Shown here: one piece after another, positions 1 to 11,325 of the stretch
Layout: the number at the start of each line of letters is the position of its first letter
How positions within the stretch are numbered: the first letter of the stretch is position 1
DNA from: Burkholderiaceae bacterium
Lineage (GTDB): Bacteria > Pseudomonadota > Gammaproteobacteria > Burkholderiales > WYBJ01
Reading direction: 5' to 3'
Assembly (NCBI GenBank): GCA_011525945.1
Contig: WYBJ01000045.1
Span: 1 to 59,369 of the forward strand
Length of the DNA stretch: 59,369 nt
Made by a program: the position numbers and the translations under genes
The notes under the pieces: generated by a model
What the model was told of the DNA's origin: nothing
The model's database searches: none
What the model saw: the letters and a program-made list of their open reading frames with translations, nothing else

Positions 1-126
1 CCTCGCCAGGTGTCCAACCTGGCTGCGGTTCGCTTCGCGTCTGGCGTCGATTTCGACACTTTTGCCACTCGTGGCGTCGCGAGCATCAAGAACATTGTTG
101 CAACGACTTCTGACTCGGGACACTAG
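1..126. mobile_element. MITE-like / IS-end element, truncated by the window edge, ending in GGGACA-CTAG at the mgtE stop codon
   Basis: 70..130 is identical to 31760..31820 (61 bp). Internal hairpin GCCAGGT-gtcca-ACCTGGC at 5..23. Terminus abuts CTAG. No transposase seen. Confidence 0.6.
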
Positions 127-1562
127 ACGAGGAAGATGGTCGCCAGCCCGAGGAAAATGAAAAACCCTCCGCTGTCGGTTATCGCCGTGATCATCACACT
201 CGAACCGAGCGCCGGATCGCGCCCCAGCCTGTACATGGCCATCGGAATTGCAAACCCCATGATCGCCGCGAGCATCAGATTGAGCAGCATCGCGCCCGTC
301 ATCACCAGGCCAAGCGCCCAGTTGTGATAGATCACGAACGCGAACAAGCCCACCACCGAACCCCAGATCAGGCCGTTCAGCAGCGCGACCAGGAACTCTT
401 TCTCCAGCAGCGCGCGGGCGTTGTCGCTGGTCACCTGTCCGAGCGCCAGGCCGCGCACGATCATGGTGATCGTCTGATTACCCGAATTGCCGCCGATACC
501 GGCGATGATCGGCATCAACGCCGCCAGCGCCACCAGCTTCTCGATCGAACCCTCGAACACGCCGATCACACGTGAAGCGACAAACGCGGTGACCAGGTTC
601 ACGGCAAGCCACGTCCAGCGATTACGCAGGCTCGCCCATACCGAAGCGAACAGATCCTCGTCTTCGCGCAGCCCCCCTGCGGAGAGCATCTCGCTTTCAC
701 TGCGACTGCGGATGAAATCAACCACCGCATCGACCGTCACGCGTGCCAGCAGCTTGCCCGCGGCATCGACCACCGGCGCCGAGACCAGATCGTAGCGCTC
801 GAAGGCGAGTGCGGCCTCCTGCGCATCCTGCTCCGGGTGCAGCGTCACCACGTCCTCGGTCGACATGATGTCGCCGATCGGCGTGTCGAGCGAGCTCACG
901 AGCAGCCGGTTCACCGGCAGAAGACCTTTCAGCCGCTCGGCCCGATCGACGATGAAAAGCTGGTCGGTATGATCGGGCAGCTCGTCGTGCCGGCGCAGAT
1001 AACGCAGGACGACTTCCGCCGTCACGTCGTCGCGCACGCCAATCATGTCGAAGTCCATGAGGGCGCCGACCGAGCCCTCGGGGTAGGACATCGCCGCGCG
1101 CAGTTGCTCGCGCTCCTCTACCGACAAGGAGCGCAGCACGTCGTCCATGACCTCCGGTGGAAGATCGGGAGCCAGATCCGCGATCTCGTCGGTATCGAGC
1201 TGCCCGGTCGCGGCGACCAGCTCGTCGGTCTCCATGTGCGCGATCAGCGATTCGCGCACGGCGTCGGATACCTCCAGCAGAATCTCGCCGTCGCGGTCTT
1301 GGCGCACCAGATCCCAGACGATCAGGCGCTCATCGCGCGGTAACGCCTCCAGCACATACGCGACATCGGCCGGATGCATCTCGTCCAGCGTCGCCTGCAG
1401 CTCGGCGAGACTCTCGCCCGCGGCGCGTGCGGCATCCGCCGTCGCCGGTCCCTCGCCGGGGTCTCGCGCGAGTTCGTCCGCGATCTCGTGCCGGCGCAGC
1501 AGCTCGGTGATCTGTTGCAGGTTCTCCTGCAGGCGCGGACGCTTGTCCTCGACTTCGGGCAT
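123..1562 (-). CDS. mgtE: magnesium transporter MgtE
   Basis: MgtE N-domain (MHPADVA), tandem CBS domains and TM domain with GGNSGNQT and PALGSSVMITAITD. Start trimmed to ATG 1562 (MPEVEDKR). Confidence 0.95.
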   Translation of the reverse strand: MPEVEDKRPRLQENLQQITELLRRHEIADELARDPGEGPATADAARAAGESLAELQATLDEMHPADVAYVLEALPRDERLIVWDLVRQDRDGEILLEVSDAVRESLIAHMETDELVAATGQLDTDEIADLAPDLPPEVMDDVLRSLSVEEREQLRAAMSYPEGSVGALMDFDMIGVRDDVTAEVVLRYLRRHDELPDHTDQLFIVDRAERLKGLLPVNRLLVSSLDTPIGDIMSTEDVVTLHPEQDAQEAALAFERYDLVSAPVVDAAGKLLARVTVDAVVDFIRSRSESEMLSAGGLREDEDLFASVWASLRNRWTWLAVNLVTAFVASRVIGVFEGSIEKLVALAALMPIIAGIGGNSGNQTITMIVRGLALGQVTSDNARALLEKEFLVALLNGLIWGSVVGLFAFVIYHNWALGLVMTGAMLLNLMLAAIMGFAIPMAMYRLGRDPALGSSVMITAITDSGGFFIFLGLATIFLV

Positions 1563-1951
1563 GTGGCTGACTCTTTGCGCCCTGGCGCGACTGGGATCGG
1601 AAACCGGTTCGGCGCTGCTCGTCGTGCGTACGACTGGTGCGCCCTGCTTGCCGGCGGCGGTGGCGGCGCCGACGCGCCCGGCGAACGGCCGGAAGCCGAA
1701 GCGACCGCGGCCGCTCGCGGATTGTAGGAGCCCCGTCGACCTCGGGCAACACCGCCGTTCGATCACGACTTGGCCACGCGGCCGCACCCGATCGGCAGCG
1801 TGCTCGCCGCCGCAAGCGCTGCGACCGGCATGTTCGACCGATCGAAGCGCACGATGATGTAATGCCGGGGATCGAAGCTGCAGGACGAACGAGCGAAGCG
1901 CGCAAAGCGCTTGCTATATCATCCGGGCTACACTCGATCGGCTGCTACTCA

Positions 1952-4411
1952 ATGTCCTCCGTACTGATGCGCCAGCTTCGACAGGCCGAGAAATGCTTGC
2001 GCGCGGGTGACGCCGGCAGCGCGGCTGCGTTATGCGAACAGGTTCTGCGCAAGGCGCCGCGTAATCCTGAAGCGCTCTGTCTGCTTGGCGCTGCGCAGCT
2101 CCTGCAGCAACGCGCGGTCGACGCGGTCGAAACGCTCAAGCGCGCGCTCGCGGCCGATGCGCAACATGGCGCCGCGCTCGAGACGCTCGGCCTCGCGTAC
2201 CTGATGCTCGGGCGCAATGCCGAAGCCGAGGCGGCGCTAGCGCAGGCAGCCCGGTTGGCGGGCGCGCCCGCGACGGTGTTCATGCGCCTTGGCATTGCCC
2301 GGCTCGAACGAGGCCGGGCCGCCGATGCGTTGGCGCCGCTGCGTCGAGCAGTCGCGAACTCGCCGCGCGACGCCGACGCGCAGGTGAACCTCGGCCGTGC
2401 GCTGGCGGCGACGGGCGAGCGCGCGGGCGCGCGCGATTGCTTCGCGCTTGCCATGCAACTCGCTCCGGACAGCGCGCAAGCACCGTTCAATCTCGGTGTC
2501 CTCGCGCTCCAAGACGAGGACTGGATGGCGGCGCGGCGCTGGTTCGAGCAGGCGCTTGCAAAGTCGCCCCGATTCGTCGACGCCATGGTGAACCTTGGCG
2601 TCGTCCTGCAGAAACAAGCGGCGTTGGACGACGCGGCCGCGTGGCTCAGCCGCGCGACAACGCTCGACCCCAACCACGCGATCGCGTTGAGCGAGCTCGC
2701 GCGCACCCTCGCCGCGCAAGGCGCGGCCGAACGCGCACGCGCACACTACCTGGCAGCGCTGCGCGCGGCGCCGGAGCTTGTTGCCGCCCACGAGGGCTTG
2801 GCCTCGGTCTGCCTCGCTCTGGGCCGGACGGACGAAGCGATCAGCAGCTTACGCGCCGTGGTGCAATCCGAGCCCGACAACGCGAACGCCTGTTGCGCAC
2901 TCGCCGGAACCCTGTTCGAGCGCGGCGAACTGGACGAAGCGCAGAGCGCTGCCCAGCACGCACTCGAGTTGAACGCCGCCAGCGCCGATGCCTACACCAC
3001 ACTCGCGAACGTGGCGCTGGTGCGCGGCCGTCTGGACGAGTCGATCGCCGCACTCGAGCGCGGCTACGCACGAACCCGCAATACCGATCTGCTCGGCATG
3101 CTCACGTATCTTCTGCGGCATGCGTGCGACTGGCGTCGATGGTCGGCGGCCTGGGCCGAAACCAAGCTCGCCATCGATCGCGGCCAGTCGGCGGGACGCC
3201 CGTTCTGGCTCCTGTGCGAACCGCTGACGGCGCAAGAGCAGTACGACTACGTCACGCGCTGGGCAGCGGCGCGCTTCGATCTCATCACGCGCGACGCCCG
3301 CCCCCCCGCGACACCGGCCGGCGGCGGGCGGCTGCGCATCGGTTATCTGTCCTCGGACTTGCAGGAGCACGCCACCGCTTATCTGATCGCGGATGTGCTC
3401 GAGCAACACGACCGCCGGCGCTTCGAGATATTCGCCTACTCCCACGGCCCCGCCGACGCCAGCCCGATGCGCAGGCGGCTGCAAAGCGCGTGCGAGCACT
3501 TCATCGACATCGCGCGCGAGCCCGACGACATTGCCGCGCAACGACTGCGCGGCGATACGCTCGACATCCTGGTCGATCTGAAGGGCTACACCGCGGGCGA
3601 GCGCCTCGGCATTCTCGCGCGCCGTCCGTGCCGGACACAGCTCACCTGGCTTGGATATCCGGGAACGACCGGGGCGTCGTTCCTCGATGGCGTGATCGCC
3701 GATGCTTTTGTCATAGCACCGGGAAGCGAGAGCGTCTTCTCGGAGCGAGTCCTGCGCCTGCCCCACAGCTATCAGCCGAACGACCGCAAGCGCGCGGTCG
3801 CGGCGCCTCTATCGCGGCGCGATTACGGACTGCCGCAGGCGGGGTTCGTTTTCTGCTGTTTCAACCAGACCTACAAGATCACGCCCGAGGTGTTCTCGGT
3901 CTGGATGGGGTTGCTGCGCGCCGTCCCCGGCAGCGTGCTGTGGTTGCTCGAGAGCTACGCCGAGGCAAAGCACAATCTGTCCGATGTCGCGCGCGACAAC
4001 GGCATCGAGGCCGGGCGCGTGGTGTTCGCACCGAAGCTTCCCAACGCAGAACATCTGGCGCGTTACCGCGTCGCCGATCTCGCGCTCGATACCTTCCCGT
4101 ATACCTCGCACACCACCTTGAGTGATGCCTTGTGGTGCGGCTGCCCCGCCGTCGGTTTGTGCGGCGAGACCTTCGCCTCGCGCGTATCCGGCAGCCTCTT
4201 GACGAGCGCCGGGCTAGCTGACCTCATCACGTCCGATCTCGCCGGATACGAGCGGCTCGCCCTGCGCATCGCCACCGAGGCGCCATTCGCCGCATCGGTC
4301 CGAGCGCGCGTGGCGCAGGCACGCGATTCATCACCGCTGTTCGACGCCACCGGCCTTACCCGCGATCTGGAGACGATCTACTCGCGCCTCGCGAACGAGC
4401 ACCGATCGTAA
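1952..4411 (+). CDS. TPR-repeat O-GlcNAc transferase / SPINDLY-like glycosyltransferase (GT41)
   Basis: Long N-terminal TPR array, then RLRIGYLSSDL..H, DILVDLKGYT, WLGYPGTTG, FCCFNQTYKITP and DLALDTFPY motifs. Start ATG 1952. Confidence 0.9.
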   Translation: MSSVLMRQLRQAEKCLRAGDAGSAAALCEQVLRKAPRNPEALCLLGAAQLLQQRAVDAVETLKRALAADAQHGAALETLGLAYLMLGRNAEAEAALAQAARLAGAPATVFMRLGIARLERGRAADALAPLRRAVANSPRDADAQVNLGRALAATGERAGARDCFALAMQLAPDSAQAPFNLGVLALQDEDWMAARRWFEQALAKSPRFVDAMVNLGVVLQKQAALDDAAAWLSRATTLDPNHAIALSELARTLAAQGAAERARAHYLAALRAAPELVAAHEGLASVCLALGRTDEAISSLRAVVQSEPDNANACCALAGTLFERGELDEAQSAAQHALELNAASADAYTTLANVALVRGRLDESIAALERGYARTRNTDLLGMLTYLLRHACDWRRWSAAWAETKLAIDRGQSAGRPFWLLCEPLTAQEQYDYVTRWAAARFDLITRDARPPATPAGGGRLRIGYLSSDLQEHATAYLIADVLEQHDRRRFEIFAYSHGPADASPMRRRLQSACEHFIDIAREPDDIAAQRLRGDTLDILVDLKGYTAGERLGILARRPCRTQLTWLGYPGTTGASFLDGVIADAFVIAPGSESVFSERVLRLPHSYQPNDRKRAVAAPLSRRDYGLPQAGFVFCCFNQTYKITPEVFSVWMGLLRAVPGSVLWLLESYAEAKHNLSDVARDNGIEAGRVVFAPKLPNAEHLARYRVADLALDTFPYTSHTTLSDALWCGCPAVGLCGETFASRVSGSLLTSAGLADLITSDLAGYERLALRIATEAPFAASVRARVAQARDSSPLFDATGLTRDLETIYSRLANEHRS

Positions 4412-4561
4412 GCGCTTGCGGCAGGTAGCCCGACCGGTTCATGCCGGCGAAGTCCCCGGGCTGCGATGACGCGTATCGAGACCGCAGTCGGGCAATGCTG
4501 TCCCCCGCTGAGATGCGAACCCGAGCGTCGAATGCGATCCGGGTTCGGCATCGGTGCGCCC

Positions 4562-4589
4562 AAAGAAGCGGGCGCCCGCAGGCGCCCGC
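4562..4589 (-). terminator. intrinsic terminator of the porin gene
   Basis: Perfect 9-bp stem GCGGGCGCC/GGCGCCCGC (4568-4576/4581-4589) with a 4-nt loop, followed by TTCTTTG on the minus strand, about 25 nt after the porin stop. Confidence 0.75.
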
Positions 4590-4613
4590 CTTAATCGAAC
4601 CTCGTCGGAGCGA

Positions 4614-5789
4614 TTAGAAGTTGTGCTTCACGAGGAAGGCCCAGCCGTCCACGTTCTCGCCGTTTCGAAGCAAGCTGGCCGCGTTGCCGATGCGGTAGGA
4701 GTTGCTGTTGTTGTCGTTGTCCACTCGCACGTAGCCGAGCCGCAGCGTCGTGCGCTTGGAGAACGAGTACGTGTAGCCCAGCGACCAGGCGTCGCCGCCG
4801 GTGTTGCCGCCGCTCGCCTCGGCCGCACCGTTACCGGTGCCGATCCCGCGTGTGCTGTTACCGCGGCTGTTGCCGGCGTTCGCGTACTGGATCGAGACCA
4901 TGTGCGGGCCCGCGATCGTCCAGTCGGCGCCGATACCCCAAGTCCGCTTCTTCAACTCCTGTCCGGGGCCTGTCTCGTACTTCATGTCCATGTACGTCAC
5001 GCCGACCTTGACCGGGCCGAACCGGTAGCCCACCGCCGCACCCCAGGCACGGTCATCCAGATCGCCCGTGATGGCAGGGCCCGCGCCGGTCGTGCCGCCG
5101 TAGCCCATATCGTTGTGACGCTCGTACGCCAGGCCGACACCGAGCGGGCCGTTCACATAGGTGCCCGCGATCGACCACAGGCGTGTCTGCGTGTTCGGGC
5201 CGTCGACCGAGGCCGAGGTCCGGTTCGCCGCCGTCACCGCGCCCATCGCCTGGAAGCCGCCGAACTTCGGTGTCTCGTAGGTCATGAGGTTCGACTCGCG
5301 GCGCTTCCAGCGCTGGCGCTGCTGCGCGTCCACGCCGATGCCGGAGATGTCCGCGCCGCCCGACCCGCCGAAGGGCAGGAAGGACATGCCGAGGATGCCG
5401 GTCTCTTCCGCGCCGACCGTGCCCAGACCCATGGCGCGCTTCATCGGCGTATCCCACTTGCCCGCGAAGACGTTGCCGAACCCGCCCCGGAACCCGACCG
5501 CGCTGTTACGCGTGCAGATGCTGGAGGTGTCGAAGCCGGTGATGTCGGCCGAGCTCTCGCACTGGAACCACGCCGACAGGCCGCCGCCCAATTGCTCCAC
5601 ACCCTTGAATCCGATCGCGCTGCCGCCCGGGGTGTCGGCGTTGTCCAGGGTCGGTCGGCCCGGGCCCTGATCGGCACGGCCCCACTCGTAGGTCACCCGG
5701 CCGTAGATTTGCACCGTGCTCTGGGCAGCCACGATGGCTGGCGCGGCGAGCGCTCCGGCGACCGCCACCGCCAAGATCCTTTTCTCCAT
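4614..5789 (-). CDS. Gram-negative trimeric outer-membrane porin (Neisseria/Burkholderia type)
   Basis: Signal peptide MEKRILAVAVAGALAAPAIVAAQ, STVQIYG, IGFKGVEQLGGGL and YSFSKRT motifs, C-terminal Phe (KHNF). AAGGAG RBS before ATG 5789. Confidence 0.95.
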   Translation of the reverse strand: MEKRILAVAVAGALAAPAIVAAQSTVQIYGRVTYEWGRADQGPGRPTLDNADTPGGSAIGFKGVEQLGGGLSAWFQCESSADITGFDTSSICTRNSAVGFRGGFGNVFAGKWDTPMKRAMGLGTVGAEETGILGMSFLPFGGSGGADISGIGVDAQQRQRWKRRESNLMTYETPKFGGFQAMGAVTAANRTSASVDGPNTQTRLWSIAGTYVNGPLGVGLAYERHNDMGYGGTTGAGPAITGDLDDRAWGAAVGYRFGPVKVGVTYMDMKYETGPGQELKKRTWGIGADWTIAGPHMVSIQYANAGNSRGNSTRGIGTGNGAAEASGGNTGGDAWSLGYTYSFSKRTTLRLGYVRVDNDNNSNSYRIGNAASLLRNGENVDGWAFLVKHNF

Positions 5790-6139
5790 TCCAAATCTCC
5801 TTATCAGATTCATCACCCGAGGCTAGTCACCTACGTCTCTACGCTAGCCAGCTACTCCCTTTACGGTTGTGACCGAGTTTGTAGGAGGACGTACGCCATA
5901 GCAACAGATTGCTGCGTGTTTGCCGGCCATGACGCGGGTCGCTGTTGCGAGCCCGCAACAGCGCGGGTCGCGCGCCGATTGCCCGCGCCACGACGCTGGT
6001 GCGTCGTCGACCGCGCACACCGGATCGAGCACGCGGCGCCGGCCGAGCCACGGCGCGCACGGGCGCCCGTGCGCTGCGGTAAACTGGCGGCGAGTGCGAC
6101 GCTGCGGCGCGTACGAATCGCGTCGCCGCGCACGATCTC

Positions 6140-6670
6140 GTGTCACGGATTCAGAGCCGCTTGGCGAACAAACCCTCCTCCCGCGAGTGCCAGCCGTGCA
6201 CGGCGTGCTGCGACGGCTGGCTGCAGATCGAGGTCCGGGGTACCCCGGTGTACCCGGGCCGGCCTTGCCCGCACAGCACCGGGAGCGGGTGCAACGATTA
6301 CGCCAATCGGCCGGTCGATCCCTGCGTGCATTTCATCTGTGGCTGGCGCGTCGATGGTAGCCCGCTGCCCGAGTGGATGAAGCCCAATAACGCGAAGGTG
6401 ATCGTGTTGTTCAACCAGCACCGCTGGCGCGGACTCGCGGTCGATGTCGCGGTGCCGGTCGGACGGCGCATCCCGCCGCGCGCGCTCAAGTGGCTGCAGC
6501 AGTTCGCGGAAGCGAACAATCGCATGCTGCTCTACTCGGAGCAGATCGTGGAAAACGGGCGCTATACCGTGCGTCAGGCGGTATCCGCCTATGGGCCACC
6601 CGAGTTCCAGCAGGAGATGGCGCAGCGCGCCCAGGCCGGAGAGAGTCTCGACGCCGCGCTGCCGAAATAA
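6140..6670 (+). CDS. Cys-cluster (CxxCxxCC, YkgJ-like) putative metal-binding protein
   Basis: CQPCTACC..CPH..GC..Y..RP..PC..F.C.W pattern. GTG start uncertain. Confidence 0.7.
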   Translation: MSRIQSRLANKPSSRECQPCTACCDGWLQIEVRGTPVYPGRPCPHSTGSGCNDYANRPVDPCVHFICGWRVDGSPLPEWMKPNNAKVIVLFNQHRWRGLAVDVAVPVGRRIPPRALKWLQQFAEANNRMLLYSEQIVENGRYTVRQAVSAYGPPEFQQEMAQRAQAGESLDAALPK

Positions 6671-6697
6671 CGCGCAGCGGCGCGCGCTGCGTGTGCG

Positions 6698-7687
<990 letters not shown>

Positions 7688-7775
7688 CGCATCCTCCTTG
7701 CCCAGTAACTGCGTGTGCGCTGCCCGATTCGCCCTGCATCCCTCGCAATGCGATCAACTGCCTGGTGCGAGCCGA

Positions 7776-8465
7776 TCAGTTCGCGTATGTGAGCGATAGG
7801 TCACCGACGCCGTCGACATGGCCTTCCAGACGATCGCCGCGATTCACCGGGCCCACCCCGGCCGGGGTCCCGGAGTAGATCAGATCACCCGCGCGCAGCG
7901 TGATCAGCTTGGAAAGGTACGCGATCGTCTCGGGGATGTTCCAGATGAGCTCCGACAGATCACCCCGTTGCGTGGTCTTGCCGTTCACCTTGAGCCAGAT
8001 GGCGCCTTTGGCCGGATGCCCGATCATCGCCACGGGCTTCAGCGCCGAGCACGGCGCCGACTGATCGAACGCCTTGCCCATCTCCCACGGCCGGCCCATT
8101 TTCTTCGCCTCGCCCTGCACGTCGCGCCGGGTCATGTCGAGGCCTACACCGTAACCGAAAACGTGCTCGAGCGCCCTGTCCGGCGCGATGTTGGCGCCGC
8201 CTTTGCCGATGGCGACGACCATCTCGATCTCGTGGTGAAGGTCCTTGGTGCCCGTGGGGTACGCAATCGTCGCCCCGCTGGGCACGATGGCATCGGCCGG
8301 CTTCATGAAAAAGAACGGCGGTTCGCGCTCGGGATCGTGCCCCATTTCGCGCGCGTGCTCGGCATAGTTGCGCCCGACGCAATAAATGCGGCCTACGGGA
8401 AACAGCTTGCTGCTCTCGGCGACCGGCAGCACGACCTGCGGGCCGAATTCGATTGCGTACTCCAT
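7776..8465 (-). CDS. fumarylacetoacetate hydrolase family protein (YcgM/NagK-like)
   Basis: IYCVGRNYAEH, PFFFMKP, HHEIE, DMTRRD, WEMGK.FD and GDLIYSGTPAGVG motifs. Confidence 0.95.
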   Translation of the reverse strand: MEYAIEFGPQVVLPVAESSKLFPVGRIYCVGRNYAEHAREMGHDPEREPPFFFMKPADAIVPSGATIAYPTGTKDLHHEIEMVVAIGKGGANIAPDRALEHVFGYGVGLDMTRRDVQGEAKKMGRPWEMGKAFDQSAPCSALKPVAMIGHPAKGAIWLKVNGKTTQRGDLSELIWNIPETIAYLSKLITLRAGDLIYSGTPAGVGPVNRGDRLEGHVDGVGDLSLTYAN

Positions 8466-8718
8466 GAGCTCCTCTGGACGTCGGGTCTCGCGCGCTGCGG
8501 CGTCTCGGCTGGCCTGCGCCGATTGTCCGGCACGGCGATCGTCACCATAATGCGCGTTCGCGCCACCTCACGCGAGATGGAATTGCATAATGAGCGAATC
8601 AGACGGGCGATGCGTCCGGGGCGAGCCTGCTGCAACGGCCGCCAAGCAGCCCCTGGCGGCACATGCATGATCACCCCCGCGCACCGAGCGCGCGACTATA
8701 GCACGCCGGCTCGCTCGC

Positions 8719-9138
8719 ATGACCCCCGATCCGAGCCTGTGGGCGCTCCTCGCCGCAAGCTTCCTCGCCGCCACCGTGTTGCCCGGCGGATCGGAAGCGG
8801 CGCTGTTCGGCGTGTTGAAGATGCACTCGGCGCTGTACTGGCAGGCGATCGCGATCGCCACCCTTGGCAATACGCTGGGCGGCATGAGCTCGTACCTGAT
8901 CGGTCGCCTGCTCCCCGCCGCCGAGATGCACGCCACGCGCGTACACCCGAGCGCCCGCGCGCTCGCCTGGGCGCGCCGCTTCGGCAGCCCGGCGTTGCTC
9001 GGCGCTTGGATCCCGATCGTGGGCGATCCCCTGTGCGTGGCCGCCGGCTGGCTGCGGCTGCCTTGGCTTGCGGTGCTGGCGTTCATGGCGCTCGGCAAGC
9101 TCGGCCGCTATCTCGTCATCGCCGCCCTGGCGACATGA
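8719..9138 (+). CDS. YqaA/DedA-family inner membrane protein
   Basis: SFLAATVLPGGSE, ATLGNTLGG, W.PIVGDPL..AAGW and GK.GRY motifs. Confidence 0.9.
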   Translation: MTPDPSLWALLAASFLAATVLPGGSEAALFGVLKMHSALYWQAIAIATLGNTLGGMSSYLIGRLLPAAEMHATRVHPSARALAWARRFGSPALLGAWIPIVGDPLCVAAGWLRLPWLAVLAFMALGKLGRYLVIAALAT

Positions 9139-9139
9139 C

Positions 9140-10108
<969 letters not shown>

Positions 10109-10110
10109 TC

Positions 10111-11109
10111 ATGCCGGACGCTGCGCTGCTCGAGCTCACCGAGCTCACCAAACAGTTCCGCCGCCCCCCCGACTGGACCGCCCGTCTTGCGCGTCCGGGC
10201 GCGAAGCGAGCGCAAGATCAAGTGGTGCACGCGGTCGATCGCGTTTCCTTGAGCATCGCGCGCGGCGAGGTACTCGGCTTGGTGGGCGAATCGGGTTGCG
10301 GCAAATCGACTCTGGGACGCATGATCGCCGGGGTGCTCGCGCCCACATCCGGACGCATCGTGTACGAGGGCACCGATGCAACCGAGCGGACTGCCGCAGC
10401 GGCACGCCGGATCGCGCTCAAGATCCAGATGATCTTCCAGGACCCGTTCGCATCGCTCAATCCGCGCATGCGAGTCGGCGAGATCGTGGGGGAGGCGGCG
10501 CTCGTGCACGGACTCGTGCAACGATCGGCGATCGGCCCGTTCATCGACGCGCTGCTCGCGCGCGTGGGGCTCGATCCCGGCTGCAAGTCGCGTTATCCGC
10601 ACCAGTTCTCCGGCGGTCAGCGACAACGAATCGGCGTCGCACGAGCGCTCGCGGTGAACCCGCAGTTCCTCGTCTGCGACGAGGCGGTGTCGGCGCTGGA
10701 CGTTTCCATCCGCGCTCAGGTACTCAATTTGTTCATCGACCTGCGCGCAAGCCTCAATCTCACTTATCTTTTCATCAGCCACGACCTGAGCGTGATCGAG
10801 CACATGTCGGATCGAATCGCGATCATGTATCTCGGGCGCATCGTCGAGCTGGCGCCGGCTGAAGAATTCTTTCGCGCACCGAACCACCCCTACGCCAAGG
10901 CCTTGCTCGAAGAAGTGCCGCGCCTGGAAGGTCGCGGCGCATCCTACCGCCCGATACGCGGCGAGATTCCATCGCCGCTCGCACCACCGAGTGGCTGTCA
11001 CTTCCATCCGCGCTGCCCGCATGCGAGGCCGCGCTGCGCGCTCGAAGCGCCGCAGTTGCTGCCGATTGCGCCGGGACGATCTTCGGCGTGTCATTTGAAT
11101 ACCGGCTAA
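10111..11109 (+). CDS. peptide ABC transporter ATP-binding subunit (OppF/DppF-like)
   Basis: GESGCGKST, FSGGQRQR, CDEAVSALD, HPY and GEIPSP..PPSGC.FHPRCP motifs. Confidence 0.93.
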   Translation: MPDAALLELTELTKQFRRPPDWTARLARPGAKRAQDQVVHAVDRVSLSIARGEVLGLVGESGCGKSTLGRMIAGVLAPTSGRIVYEGTDATERTAAAARRIALKIQMIFQDPFASLNPRMRVGEIVGEAALVHGLVQRSAIGPFIDALLARVGLDPGCKSRYPHQFSGGQRQRIGVARALAVNPQFLVCDEAVSALDVSIRAQVLNLFIDLRASLNLTYLFISHDLSVIEHMSDRIAIMYLGRIVELAPAEEFFRAPNHPYAKALLEEVPRLEGRGASYRPIRGEIPSPLAPPSGCHFHPRCPHARPRCALEAPQLLPIAPGRSSACHLNTG

Positions 11110-11325
11110 GGCGTCGTGTCGGGTCGCAACGACACTTGCGCGGGCGACCCACCGAGAGGAAAAATTCAACGCCTGCGGCGGCCCGATGTGACATTAGTCG
11201 CGCCTGAGCTTCGATTGCTCGCGCACGGCGCTCATCAACGCTCAAGTACGTTTTCGCGCTCGCCGTAACTGGTAGCGGGTCAGCGGCTCGCGCAAGACCC
11301 CGACCGGCTCCGGAATCCATACGCC

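Noticed and set aside
1563-1951. M-box or other Mg riboswitch upstream of mgtE
   Set aside because: No recognisable conserved motif or terminator by eye. An Rfam scan would be needed.
5900-5913. AGCAA-N4-TTGCT dyad upstream of the porin as a regulator site
   Set aside because: Only 5-bp arms, which cannot be distinguished from chance without comparative data.
4554-6380. Long antisense and alternate-frame ORFs (e.g. 608 aa here, 18972..20774, 41367..43289, 57345..59027)
   Set aside because: They shadow real genes on the opposite strand or frame, are Arg/Ala/Pro-rich without motifs, and are expected in high-GC DNA.
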